Positions 19,301-29,500 of a stretch of 64,000 nucleotides of DNA are shown here, piece after piece. The position numbers were made by a program, and so were the translations under genes. The stretch's first letter is position 1; each line of letters starts with the position of its first letter. The stretch covers positions 1 through 64,000 of IMG/VR virus record IMGVR_UViG_3300043449_002710. One strand, given 5' to 3'. The notes below the pieces were generated by a model that saw only the letters and a program-made list of their open reading frames with translations, was not told the DNA's origin and did no database searches.

Positions 19301-21260
19301 CCGCTGTTAGAACTGGATCTTTTTTCGATTCGACGTGATCTTCTTCAGTCCAATCGAAAGTCCTGACGGGTTTCACACAGCTCTTATCGTAGACCTCAAA
19401 AGAGATATGCCCGTTGAAGTTCTCGTCTTCCACCGCGCCACAAAACCCCAAGTCTCGAATCACGGTATGAATCAAACTCAGAGCTTCGTCATGAGTGGCT
19501 TGAGGCAACCCCAATGGGCCCTGAGTCAGTTTAGCAACGACATCGGGGCCGAATTTTTCTTCCACAAGCTTCTGATGCTCAGGCTTTCTCATGTCGAGAA
19601 TCCTAGACAGATCGAGATGAAATTCATGGATACGCAGCGCAAACTCTTTGGCAAAATCGAGGCTATCGGTGAAATAAGCGCCCGCATCCCCATCCCCAGA
19701 GGGGATCTGACCTTCAGGCAGGAAGTCTGAACCGTGGTAGACTGTTATCGTAGAGTTTTCTAAGGAAGCTTCCGTAGAGACTCCGTCGATTTTTTTCCAA
19801 AGCTTACGGTAATAAAACTCCGATCCATCACCCAAAGCTTCTGGGCTTTGAATTTGCTTGAGTTCTTTGTATTGGGGATCTTTTTTGAAGACGTGTGGAA
19901 AATCTAAATCGGGATCAAATTGCCTTGCGGTGAAATCATAAAAAGTGTCTTTGATCTTAACAAGAGTATGCCCGATTTCTTCTCCTTGATTTAGTTCACC
20001 GATATCCGATCTAAGGGTAACCTTCGAAGACCAAAGTTTTATTGGTAACCCCATACTCTGAGCCATGTAAACGACAGCGTTGGAAAAGTCGGAGCATTGC
20101 CAGTAAGCTTTATCTGGAAAAGCAAATCCACTCTCAGCCGCAACTTCTTTTACAGTGTTGAGGAACTCATCTATGGGGTTAGATGCTGCAGACATTCTAC
20201 CCATGCCGTGTGACGGGGCGCTGCTTTTTATTGGGGTTAACTCTTCGTATTTTTCAATCGAGTGATCAAAAAATCTTTCAAACTCAAGAACTACGTGGTT
20301 GGGTAGGCTTGAAACCCAGTACCCATTAAAGATCATTCGATAAGTGGATGCCGTGCTGGTTTTCACTTCCACTTTAAATTCGGCGTACCGAACTAAACCT
20401 TCAATCGGATCTTGCTCGGGTTCGTAATTGAGGATTTGACCGTTGGGTACGATCGCTACTTTTGATTCTCCAGAAACTTTAAACGGTGTTGGAGAAACGA
20501 TCCAATTTAAAAACTCTTTTTTAGTTTGTTCAGGCAGGTCAGCGTTTTCGATGAGCGACTTGAGGTTTTGATTTTTCTCGCTCGTCTGAAGCAGAGAGAC
20601 TTCGCTCGATAACGCCTCTTGTAGCGTCAGCTTCTTTCTGCGAGATCTTGCCTTGCTGGAGTAAATCTTTAGTGGCTTTTCCGAATACTCGCTTGAATCG
20701 TTCCAGAATCTGCTTGTTGATAGTGGCGGCCATACTTTCCCCAATATATCATTTTTTTGACTTGACGCAACAAATAAACCACGTTCATTTAAATCTAGGG
20801 ATTCTCTGAACTTCTTTCCGTCTGGGGTTTGCATATCCCCAGGCAAGATTTTCTTGCCCGAGGCTTTCTCGATCTCCTGATACATGAGGGTGGCAAGACC
20901 TTTTCTGCGGTGCGCTTCACCCACCATCAAATCCCATGCCTTCAAATTCTTAGGGTCTTTGACAAGACTTGTGATCGCTTGCTCTTGGATCTCGCTGCAT
21001 CCATTGCCGGTGGCTTTCATCTCTTGAACGAACTGATCGGCAGCTTCGCGAGATTCAAAGACGTAGCGGCCACCGTCAGGCCCATCGTAAACGTCCACGG
21101 CAAACTCTAGATCCCCTTCTTTGGGTTCGAGCATATTGGGGATCGCCCGAGCAAAGCCCACGGACTCGCCTCCAAAGTAAACTTCGGCGTTCCAGTAGTC
21201 GGTGCCGTTTTGTTTGTCTTCCCAAACTTCGATAGTATATCCAGGCGGAAGCTGCTTCAT
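16323..21260 (-). CDS. polyvalent protein, 1645 aa (GNAT, papain-like, ART-like, ParB-like, GNAT, DEDDh exonuclease, GNAT, ART-like)
   Basis: Three R(R/Q)xGxA/M acetyl-CoA motifs (HRRKGLAT, FQRQGIAT, YRRQGLMS); QC..F...GHT...DFTARQF; VYHGS...AYFT; LDGSHRL; LDCEMTG...HDALVD; LGQGTYL...GFDGV. Confidence 0.85.
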   Translation of the reverse strand: MKQLPPGYTIEVWEDKQNGTDYWNAEVYFGGESVGFARAIPNMLEPKEGDLEFAVDVYDGPDGGRYVFESREAADQFVQEMKATGNGCSEIQEQAITSLVKDPKNLKAWDLMVGEAHRRKGLATLMYQEIEKASGKKILPGDMQTPDGKKFRESLDLNERGLFVASSQKNDILGKVWPPLSTSRFWNDSSEYSEKPLKIYSSKARSRRKKLTLQEALSSEVSLLQTSEKNQNLKSLIENADLPEQTKKEFLNWIVSPTPFKVSGESKVAIVPNGQILNYEPEQDPIEGLVRYAEFKVEVKTSTASTYRMIFNGYWVSSLPNHVVLEFERFFDHSIEKYEELTPIKSSAPSHGMGRMSAASNPIDEFLNTVKEVAAESGFAFPDKAYWQCSDFSNAVVYMAQSMGLPIKLWSSKVTLRSDIGELNQGEEIGHTLVKIKDTFYDFTARQFDPDLDFPHVFKKDPQYKELKQIQSPEALGDGSEFYYRKLWKKIDGVSTEASLENSTITVYHGSDFLPEGQIPSGDGDAGAYFTDSLDFAKEFALRIHEFHLDLSRILDMRKPEHQKLVEEKFGPDVVAKLTQGPLGLPQATHDEALSLIHTVIRDLGFCGAVEDENFNGHISFEVYDKSCVKPVRTFDWTEEDHVESKKDPVLTAVKPYQPDLEDAFSVLLMIADMDDDGNVPPEEEAIFRDKWDKAVSAGKTVSFPMEFVAENFEVFDHGRRVEEEHLKNPIIVAKVGDYYSVLDGSHRLITAYEKKRKTIDAFVVSLPWANALFNGEGYFLKDLDLKVKAAISKKKEPVLKIKTKHGRYNLFNTLADTNGIFCVWANFKNKEVGYSAFRVLDQETIQPISDKDAIEFSLDAGTYVLEDFQRQGIATAMYLHAEKASGRKLIPSDDRTEDAKKLWAQPNRPFGKYTTTATLDETSSGFLPEDLLMLDCEMTGVIPSRDKLLQIAMLKLKLKDNQYEEVGEPLVLYLRHDGKPENDFHREHLEHIFERCNESNLQPGEAKEKICDWLGELKGKVTPCGDCVHTDLAFLYENGLLDRADIGDGGPIPGTFHYETFDLNPLKAMARHRTGAKEDRKELAGYDEENIHDALVDCRNQLKELNHYMKVLLPEVVAACVFSGLEKIIEEEITEIHFDENWNGFRLVGGYGSYEGERCFRVLAIRDQDIVAGLRLSEHESHFTSENMWVLDSYRRQGLMSKMMDLVEEDRGLSVEPSEDRSMDAKRFWEKRKVESKAEPRTLKAWRFVRDILISQADPYYPGDGVLGQGTYLRPAEEALPTTMDWADPDYEEDDNPENWMIVTEYNLTFNRLAEINDENTQGLWDSEFTSKGKNPLFEGEIDGWDISDLAKKKGFDGVLVTGEDVDGGNQILIPLGKKPKAQVLKHHLYFRDSNLAKKVAYKIKGRTKKILGGIVVEVLPAKASLVDQILKESKTQAAVQDLDGCLENSESLLAVASKDACDRMRTRWKTEKSSKANLSTSANPSRQENEKAWLERFEISEKTESNYSSSDTPTLSGLTRSVANSKRFLIPEDQKLSALSQLNGDTYPEHTPIEAHQILAAKKKDWDLPEHVLPTPLDDFSLDDAKRAQVFQQEGKAMGCVTFQDFQELLSKILLDLQLTEDYRKSVAGILNQKRAQSGLDLL
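16660..16854 (-). CDS. nested (overprinted) 64-aa gene inside the polyvalent-protein gene
   Basis: Protein-like helical sequence; the host frame here is S/T/K-rich junk; own promoter 9 nt upstream. Confidence 0.7.
   Translation of the reverse strand: MEDRKIIESKSIDEREPLSPRERESVARALRNLRENREQLLQLGYANPEWFDSKCSELQKILDT
16864..16891 (-). promoter_or_regulatory. internal sigma70-type promoter for nested gene 16660..16854
   Basis: TTGCGT-N16-TAGAAT with extended -10 TG. Confidence 0.65.
20539..20733 (-). CDS. nested (overprinted) 64-aa gene inside the polyvalent-protein gene
   Basis: Helical, protein-like sequence; the host frame is S/K-rich; promoter 9 nt upstream. Confidence 0.65.
   Translation of the reverse strand: MAATINKQILERFKRVFGKATKDLLQQGKISQKEADATRGVIERSLSASDEREKSKPQVAHRKR
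20743..20770 (-). promoter_or_regulatory. internal sigma70-type promoter for nested gene 20539..20733
   Basis: TTGCGT-N16-TATATT with extended -10 TG; same TTGCGTCAA as the promoter at 16864-16891. Confidence 0.65.
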
Positions 21261-22678
21261 GTTTTAACCAGCCATTTCTTTTTCAGAAACTCAGCAAATT
21301 CTTTGACGTTCTTGAGCTTTTCTTTTCTTAAGATATCAACTAAATCGGCAATGCCTGCATCGGGATCTTTTTTGTAATTGTGGATATCGGCTAGCAAAGA
21401 AGAGACGAAATCTTGAAAGTACCAAGACAAGCTATAGAGCTTCTTCTGAGCTTCATTGGAAAGCTCTTCTTCTGAAGACTTGTTGTATAGTTCTAGGATT
21501 GGTTCGATGTATTTTCGCTTGGAGCTACTTTGGTATTCGTAAGGGTTTTTGACTTCCAAGTCCAAGGACTCCAATGGAACCGTTTTGGTTTTGTCCAAAA
21601 CCTCAAATGCTTTTTGGTCTTCGTAAAGGTAGATCGGAATGTTTTTCTCTTGAGCAATCGCGTAAGCGTTTTTGATCCAGTTTTTCCAATTATCGTAAGT
21701 CAGATTCTTGAAGTTCACTAGGATATGGATCTCTTTAATGTACTGATCCGCGTTCTTGATCTGAGGCTCGCGAGACCAGAGGCGGTCTTCCATTTCATTT
21801 TTTCTTGGGTCGGCTTTTTTAAATGCAGGTCCCCAGTAATCCACCGCTTCGCCGGGGTATTTCTGGTTTAATTTCTCCCCATCCAAGACGAGTTGAACAT
21901 CGCGGCTTTTGTTGTAGTGCCCGATCTTGGATCGAGACGTGGAGAAGAAGTAGAAATATCCCTCAGGTCTTTTGATGTCGTCCGATGCGGTGCCTAGCAT
22001 CGTTGAAAGTTGGAAGGCGTTTTGGGTCAAGATCTTCTCTAGGCTATGAAGGCTTGTACCATGGTAAAGGATTTTTGAGAGACCGGCTTCTACCGTTTGG
22101 GCATGGGCAGCAGCCCTGCCAGCCTTAGTATCCAAGACTCGATAAGCGATACCCGCTTTCTTGAGCACTTCAATCGCCTCAGGCATCCACTTGGCGTTGT
22201 AGTTAGGAACCGTGGGGTCGTTGAAAAGATCCACCCTGAGGACGTAGGGCTTGATATTGAGGCTATCCATCCCTTCGGGCAGGATCACTGCCTCCTCGGC
22301 CTCTTCTCTGCCTGTGTGGGAAGCTTCTGTCTCTAGGTCGGTGGTCGGCAAAACCTTGTTGTGATTGGAAAGCTTAGTGCCATCGATAACGATCCTAGCG
22401 TTCGCGTTGAAACCCACCTTGTCTTCGTTGGAATAGCCCGCATTGAATTCCAGGCGGGGGTTCCGTGTGAAGGAAAGAAACTTCCGCCCCTCGTAAGGGC
22501 CGTACTGCACTCTTCGTTCACTGAATAGAGCGCCGTTTTTGAAGATCCCGACAATTTGGCCGACTGGGGTGAAATGATAAAGAGTCCCCACTTGCTTGGC
22601 TGAAAGAACCAAGCTCGATTGAGCGGAATCTCCGAACAACTGCTCTACTGCCCATTTAACGCCAGGGTGAATTTTCAT
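21257..22678 (-). CDS. protein with two ADP-ribosyltransferase-like domains
   Basis: LYHFT...LSFTR...EAEE and LYHGT...FSTSR...EMEDRL; ATGA-coupled to the 1645-aa gene. Confidence 0.7.
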   Translation of the reverse strand: MKIHPGVKWAVEQLFGDSAQSSLVLSAKQVGTLYHFTPVGQIVGIFKNGALFSERRVQYGPYEGRKFLSFTRNPRLEFNAGYSNEDKVGFNANARIVIDGTKLSNHNKVLPTTDLETEASHTGREEAEEAVILPEGMDSLNIKPYVLRVDLFNDPTVPNYNAKWMPEAIEVLKKAGIAYRVLDTKAGRAAAHAQTVEAGLSKILYHGTSLHSLEKILTQNAFQLSTMLGTASDDIKRPEGYFYFFSTSRSKIGHYNKSRDVQLVLDGEKLNQKYPGEAVDYWGPAFKKADPRKNEMEDRLWSREPQIKNADQYIKEIHILVNFKNLTYDNWKNWIKNAYAIAQEKNIPIYLYEDQKAFEVLDKTKTVPLESLDLEVKNPYEYQSSSKRKYIEPILELYNKSSEEELSNEAQKKLYSLSWYFQDFVSSLLADIHNYKKDPDAGIADLVDILRKEKLKNVKEFAEFLKKKWLVKT

Positions 22679-22748
22679 GTGATTACCTACGTTAAAAATA
22701 ACACTAAACCAAATTGACTTACTGCGTTATATCTGCCAATCTACTAAG

Positions 22749-23507
22749 ATGATTCGTCAAACCACACCCGCCCAAATTACGGATAAAATCAAAAACTTCT
22801 GCCAGGGCGTGGCTCAGAAAGAACCTTTTTACGTCAAAGTAAAGCCCTCGGGAAAACACCAGGAATGCTTCTTCAACTGCTCTAGGTTCCTATCCACCCA
22901 CCCAGGGTACAAAATCGTTTTTGGTTGGATCATTTGGGAAGCTCCTTGGATATTAGAAATGGAGCAGCACTCTATTATTCAAACTCCAGATGGCGATTTT
23001 TTGGATGTAACGCCACAAGCAGACGGCGAGGAATCCATCTTGTTCCTACCCGATGACTCAGCAGCCCCCTCTTTCATACTCGTGGTGGATCGGCCCGATG
23101 ACATTGTCACTTGCCGTAAAGCCAACATCACATTCCCTAAGACACAGTCAAAAACCCAATGGGTCATTACTAACGTGGGGCTCTCTCAATTCAAAAATTC
23201 TCTTTCTGGGCTGAACGTTCAAGGGCCAAAATCACTCGAAGAAATTAATGCCACCTATGATTCTTTGTCGGGGCGGAAGCTGAACACCTTTTCAGATACG
23301 CTCGAAGACATCGTCTCGATGCTAGAAGGAGGCTCGGTGCTAGGAGGCCGCCACAGCATCAAAAAAACAAACCAGCCGCTTTCTTGTCTCAGCCATTTGT
23401 CGAACCCCAGCAAAGAAAAGCTGCCTAGAAATTCCCCTTGCCATTGTGGGAGCGGTGAAAAATATAAAAAATGCTGTCTCGAAAAAGATTTAAAGGGCTC
23501 AGTTTAA
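22749..23507 (+). CDS. SEC-C motif protein
   Basis: C-terminal RNSPCHCGSGEKYKKCC; N-terminal ECFFN...GWIIW...H...DVTP (transglutaminase/papain-like) domain. Confidence 0.85.
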   Translation: MIRQTTPAQITDKIKNFCQGVAQKEPFYVKVKPSGKHQECFFNCSRFLSTHPGYKIVFGWIIWEAPWILEMEQHSIIQTPDGDFLDVTPQADGEESILFLPDDSAAPSFILVVDRPDDIVTCRKANITFPKTQSKTQWVITNVGLSQFKNSLSGLNVQGPKSLEEINATYDSLSGRKLNTFSDTLEDIVSMLEGGSVLGGRHSIKKTNQPLSCLSHLSNPSKEKLPRNSPCHCGSGEKYKKCCLEKDLKGSV

Positions 23508-26500
23508 GAGCCCAAAATTTCTTTGATCTTCACCCACGCAAAATCCGTGTGCTCATTATTCAAAATGGGATTGAACTTCTCGGCCACCTCGAACAAGAAA
23601 GTCGTGTACTTGAACGAACCCTTTTGAAACACCGTCTTCTTTCCGGTGTCATGGTAGGCAGGGATCATTCCAATCTCCTCCTCAGTCTCCTTCAAAGCCG
23701 AAGCCTTGATATCCGTGGGGTTGCCCTTGGGATCGACGGGCACGGCACCCCCAGGGATGCCCCAGGTATACGGGTCCATGACCCAATGCGAGCGCTTTAA
23801 GAGCAAGATATCATCTTGACACCTGAACATGATGCCCGAGGCCTGAGAACCCCAGAAATCTCCCACGTGCCCTTCGTCTTCGTATTCAGAAGATGACAAG
23901 GTCTCAAATGGATCTGCAGTTGAAAACGCCTCTGCAGGTAAGGGCGTTTTGACTACGAGATATGCGGGAGTTTCTCGGTTCAATTCATCGTCAACGGTAG
24001 GACCAATCCCATCTTCTGGGTCCACGCCAAGTTGTGATTTTTTTACTTTCACTTTTAAGACTGTATTGCAACCACGCTCTTGTGCGAACCAAAGTGCGTT
24101 ATCGTACTCATTTGTAACGTAAAGATACTTACTTTGCCCCCCGTGAGCCCCTGTTGGGCTTTTTCCATTCCACCCACGTTCCAAAAGAGAAGCGGCATTC
24201 TGGTTACAAGTTCCATGGAAAAGTTCCAACACCAGATCCTCGGCAGGGGATGAATGAATGCGATCTCCATCCTTCCACTCGGATAAATAAATGACCTTGG
24301 CAGGGATTGAACCCGGTCGCAGAATAACTTCCGACTCCTCAAGTCTGAGATCAAATAAGCTTGCAAGATCTTCTGGGATAAGATTCAGATCCACTAACAC
24401 CTGTTCGGGAGAAACCGTGGCCTCAAGGATTAAGCCCTTCTGGCAGATCTCATCGCAAGCAAATTCGCTTTGCTTGAGCCAACCCAAATCGGTCGTCCAA
24501 GAACTCGGGCGCGAGTCTCGATAGGTCACGTCTTTCTTTTCAAAAGTGTCTAGACCCAAAGAGCGCAAAAGATGGCCTTCATGCCCACCTTCGGAAGCTC
24601 TGAGACCTCGGTAGATTGTCACGGGGGCTTTTGGTCGATACTGGCTTAAAAAAGCTTCCACTTCAGGGTATTTCGAATACTGATCCGCTTTTTCGTTACC
24701 CCAGTAATCCCAGGACCGAAAGAAGTTGATGATATGCCTAGAAATTCCGTTGATATCTTCTTTTTCACCGCTCGGAATATCATCCGAGTAGTCGGAGCTT
24801 TCCTCCTTAAAAGACGCCTGAACGGTGGGTGAAAGCCTTTTAATGAGCCATCCGTTTTCTAAGCTCGAATCCAGACCGTAGTATCTTTCACCTTTTTGAA
24901 GCTTAACAAGTCTCTCGGTTGTGATTTTAAAATCGAGTGGCAAAACCTTCACTCGCACAGTCTCATCGCCATTGACAATGACCTGTAATAGTCTGTGGTG
25001 CCCATCAGACACGACGAATTTGTTCTTGTAGGGATAGACCTCGATGGGGTCCTGAGTTTGCGCCAACATGCCCTTGTGTAAAGAGTCCACAGCAACTTCC
25101 ATGTTGTTTTTGTCAGGCCAGATTTTGTCTATGGCTACTTCTCTCGTTGTGGGGGATTTAGAAGACTGAACCCCAAAAGGCCGATTGGGCTGATCCCAAA
25201 GCAAACGCCCTTCTCGACTTTTCGACAGATTCGGGGCAAACTTCATCCCAGTCTCTTTTTCCACGAAAACATAAAGAGCGTTGGCGAGACCTTGTCTGCG
25301 AAACTCAGGCTCAATGTAGGTATCTGTCGAGACTAAAAACCCAGGCTTATTCCAGGCCGCCCCATAAAGGAGCTGACCTACGGGTTTATCGCCTAGAAGA
25401 ACAAAAGCGCGGCCCTCTCGGATCGAGTCATTATCCCCACGCATGGTGATTTGGTTTTCAAACTTGAACTCTTCATGAGTTTTTGGATTATCGAGAACAT
25501 TATCCTTATTTGTTGCTGTGGTTGCGTAAACCACTGACGAGAGCGTCGTATTCGGCTTGCCCGTGCTGCTGAATAATTCTTGCTTTGAACTCAGGCTGTT
25601 CGAGTCGGTGAAGGGCTTTTTCGAAATCCCGGGTGTCAGGCTCTGGGAGTTCCTTAAGCTTTTTGTCGATGATTTGGTCAGCCAGTTTTTCTTTTTCGTC
25701 CATACAGCGCCTTTATAAAAGCTCTCGATGACCAGCGATGACGAGGTCGTAATTTTCTTTGCCGTACATTTGGATATATTTTTCTGGATTAGCGAGCATG
25801 TCTCTATACTCGGCTCGCTCCTCTTCGAGGATATCTCGGTTGGCAAGCCCGTATTCATCGACAACATCTTTGTCGAGGAGTTCATCGAGGGCTTCGCTAT
25901 GAGGTTTGAGTTTTTTGTCCATACAGCGCCTTTATTATATTTATTTGGATTAAAAAAGTCAAGATTATCCAAGTCGTTGAAACTAGACAATATTATTTCG
26001 TTTTCGATCTCAGAGAAAGGAACTCCTTGGTCCATGTCCGAATCTTGATCTTCTGGTATCTTGCCTAAGATCTCGAATTGGCTGCCTGGGATTTTCCCTT
26101 CTTTTCTGACAAAGACGGTATAGCCCGCACCATCGTCTTCAATCTCGATGTCTTTTTCGGTCGGAAAGAATTCTAGGATCGTATCGCCATAGCCAGAATA
26201 GACCTTGTCTCGACCCACCCACATCAAAGTCCAGTCGGTTCCGAAATGACTTTTAATTACGTCCCTGAAAAATCGAGCACGATCTTGTTCACTCAAGTCG
26301 TCATCATGCAAAGTTTTCTGAAGCTCTTTGACTTCCTCGTCTGAAAAAAGCTCAAAAAACAAGTGATAGTAATTGAACCAATCGTGAAGGATCGAGTCGT
26401 CGCTGAAAGAGAATCGATTTTTGCCATCGTACCATTCAGCCCCTCGGGTGTGACTGAACCCATTTCTCAAAATTTCTTTTGCTGCTTTCTCAGTGGTGAC

Positions 26501-29500
26501 GTGAAAATACCTTGGCAGACTCGCTGCCAAAGTCTTGGTCGAACCCCAGTCTTTCTTGAGGACATCTCGGTCTTTGAACTGAAGGGGCAACACCTTCACG
26601 CGAAGATCCCCCGGGAGAAGCTTCTCCTCTTTCACTCTTTCCCAAATATCATCCGACACCGTGATATGGGGACGGTAGGTGGGATAGTCGTCCTTACGCA
26701 CAACTTCCAAGGCGTTGTGCATGTCCTCGATTCGAGAAGGCAAGCCCTTCAATTCAAGAACACGCACCTTCCCGTTTTGTTTGGAGTCAAACTCGACAGG
26801 CTCCCAAGTGAAGCTTGTGGGTGGGCTTAAGTCTTTACCTTTCAAGATCTCCTCGATCTTGTCTACTGTCACAGGCTCTTCGCCAAAGAACTTGACTGTG
26901 ATGTGCGCTTCATCCACGCCTTCCATCTCTACTGGGTAGTAGAGGAAAGAAGTGGTGTTGGCGTACTTGTCTCGGATCTCTTCTTTGGTTGCCTCTTCCA
27001 CTTTGGAAGCTTTTATCTTTTTGCTGACATCGACTAGCAAGACTTTTGGTGTCACCCCTAAGATGAAAGCCGCGTCCAAGCGAGTGTTTCCGCTCAAGAC
27101 CTGATAGCCCTCGGGGGTTTTTAAAACGATCGGGTAGGGAATAGGATCGTTGTTTTCAAACCCTTTCACAATCCGTTTCACGTCGCGAGGAAACGAGTAG
27201 CCAGAAACCAACTCTTCGAGTTCTTCAATCGAGTCCGTATGGCTTCTCATTCGAGTCTGGTGATCAAGATCTGGAGTCCAAGTAACGGCCTGGGATTTAT
27301 TGACGGACTTTTTAAAGTCCTCGATGTCTTCAAAGTATTCTGGAATCCATCCCTTTTTGACCTGCTTGATGACTTCCCATTCCCACTCTTGCTCGATCTG
27401 TTTTGTAGTGAGATTCACCCAGTTGGTGAATTCATAGGCCGCTGCCCCGAGCGATAAGCGGTAGACTTTAGAGTCTGGTTCATTTTCTTCTCTAGGGCCC
27501 CACTCAATGACATCTGGATTAAAGATGATGAGCTGGTCGGGCTCTCCACTATAGATAATTTCTTGATCATCTTCGATGCCATCGATCCCGAGATCTTTCC
27601 AAAACTGAGTGAATTTTTTTCTATCGTGGAAATAAGAGCGAAGGGTTGTAAACCAAAGGTAATCGCTAGGACCGTCCCCGAGCGCTTTTTGAATATCTTC
27701 TTCAGTTGGGTCATTGATGTTTCCGCCACTATTTTCAAGAAAGCTATTCCACTCGGAGATATCTTTTCTTTGCTTGGCGGCATTGAAAGCATCTAAACCT
27801 GTCTTGATTCCGGCTTTTTTCCAAATCTCCCACTTTTCAGTAGAGGTAAAACCACTGAGAAGTTTAATCTTGGTACCGGGCTTCAGCTTGGCATCCCAAC
27901 GGTATTTCTTGGCAGACCACTCGCTTACATCGATGTAAGTTCCCTTTTTGAAGAGATAGATTCCCTCGGGGTCAAAATAAATACGACCCGATTCCGAGTG
28001 AACACTTGGTATCTCTGGGTGATTGGAGACATGGAAATAGGGGTAATCCACGTCCTTGATTCCAGCGGTATTCTTCTGACTAGACGTAGCCAAATCGTCT
28101 TTTAAAACTTTTTTGAGCTTCAGGTTCTGAACGGTGGTCACATCAAAGACCACCTGATCTTCGTAGTCGGTGTTGTGGTAGGCTTTCACTGCATAAGGCA
28201 CCGTGAATTCAAAAAGATTGGGCCCGTATTTCAAAGACATTTCTTCAATATCTTTTTTGGTCTTGATATCTTTTTTCTCAAAAGCAAACGCTAGATCTCC
28301 GTGCCCAGCATACTCATGGTGAGTGAGTCCCAATCTTTCTGGTGCTTTTCCTTTGAACCCGGTTTTTAATACTTCATCTGGCTTTGCGGGGGTGAATCGA
28401 TAGAGGGTGGTTCTTCCTAAGATTTTAGGGTTTTCAAAGTAGACTAAAGACGAATCTTCATCTTCTTCCTTTTGTTGGATGTATTGCGTCTCAAAGTAGG
28501 CGAGTCTTTTTTGTCTTCTTTTTTCAGGGGAAAGCTTTTTCAGTTCTTCCAGATACTCTTCGTAATCCCAGTTAGCTTGGTGGAAATAAAGTTCGATATC
28601 TCCGTCGATCGTCTCGTCGTCTAAATTCTCGAATTCTTCTTTAGCCTCTTCCAGCCATTGCTTTTCGTTTTCTTGGCGGTCGGCCATGTAATAGAACGTT
28701 AAAAGCTCGGGGCTGTTTTTGAGTTTCTCTTCTGGTGATATTTTCTTGGCCGCCTCGATTTCCAAGTCGGCCCTGGCTTGCTTGGGCAATTCAATCTCAA
28801 GCTGAGTTTCCCCGGGCTTGAGAATCTGGATGGGTTCGATCTTGGCTCTAGGCTTTAATTCGAACTCGCGTTCGTTCTCAAAGTGGTCGTACCCTCTCCA
28901 GACAAGCTTTCTAAGAGTCTTTCCAAAATTGATGGATTGAAAGGGAACCCGAGCCTTGACGATCCAAAGAGGCAGATGCGAGTTTCTGCCTGAGTAGTTA
29001 TCGGCTTTGTGGTAGTCCCAGGTCCAATAAATGCCAAGCTTTTTAAAATCGATTGTGTCTGGGCTCTCTGCGCTGATCCCACGGTACAAGAGAACTGCAT
29101 CTCCGTCGAACTCGCCCGAGTATTCTAGCTCTTGCATCCAGCGCGGATAGTCTTCTTGGAAGGCTCGGTCCAAGACAAATTCTTTTTGGGCTTCCTTGTT
29201 TACTAAATTATCAGGCAGATCCTGCCAGTTCATCGTGTCGCTTAAGATCAAGTCTTGGACTTTTTTATCTCGCATCGCAGCCGCGAAATGCTCGTTTAAT
29301 TTGCCCAAGAAGGCCGCTTCGACGGGTATTAAGTTTGAAGTGATCTCCGCTTTAAAGTCTTCGTATGTGTCGTCATACCGGCACTTTAGAGCAACTAATT
29401 TCTCAAGAACAAATCTATTAACTTGTTGCCCGCGAGTGTCTCGGTAAATCCACTTCCCAAAAACGAACAAACGTAATGGGGTTTGGAATTTATTTAGCTT

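Noticed and set aside
25506-25922. Explanation of the nested ORFs as paired sequencing frameshifts in the long gene
   Set aside because: Each nested ORF has its own ATG and stop, each unit has its own promoter or duplicated leader, and all five share one relative frame. Compensating errors at four loci are implausible, though reads were not checked.
27415-27792. Other same-strand alternative-frame ORFs in the polyvalent genes (also 17648..17845, 24055..24366, 28855..29100, 30628..30843)
   Set aside because: Here the host frame encodes recognisable domains, the alternative frame is the S/L/K-rich junk reading, and I saw no promoter. This is the opposite of the five accepted nested genes.
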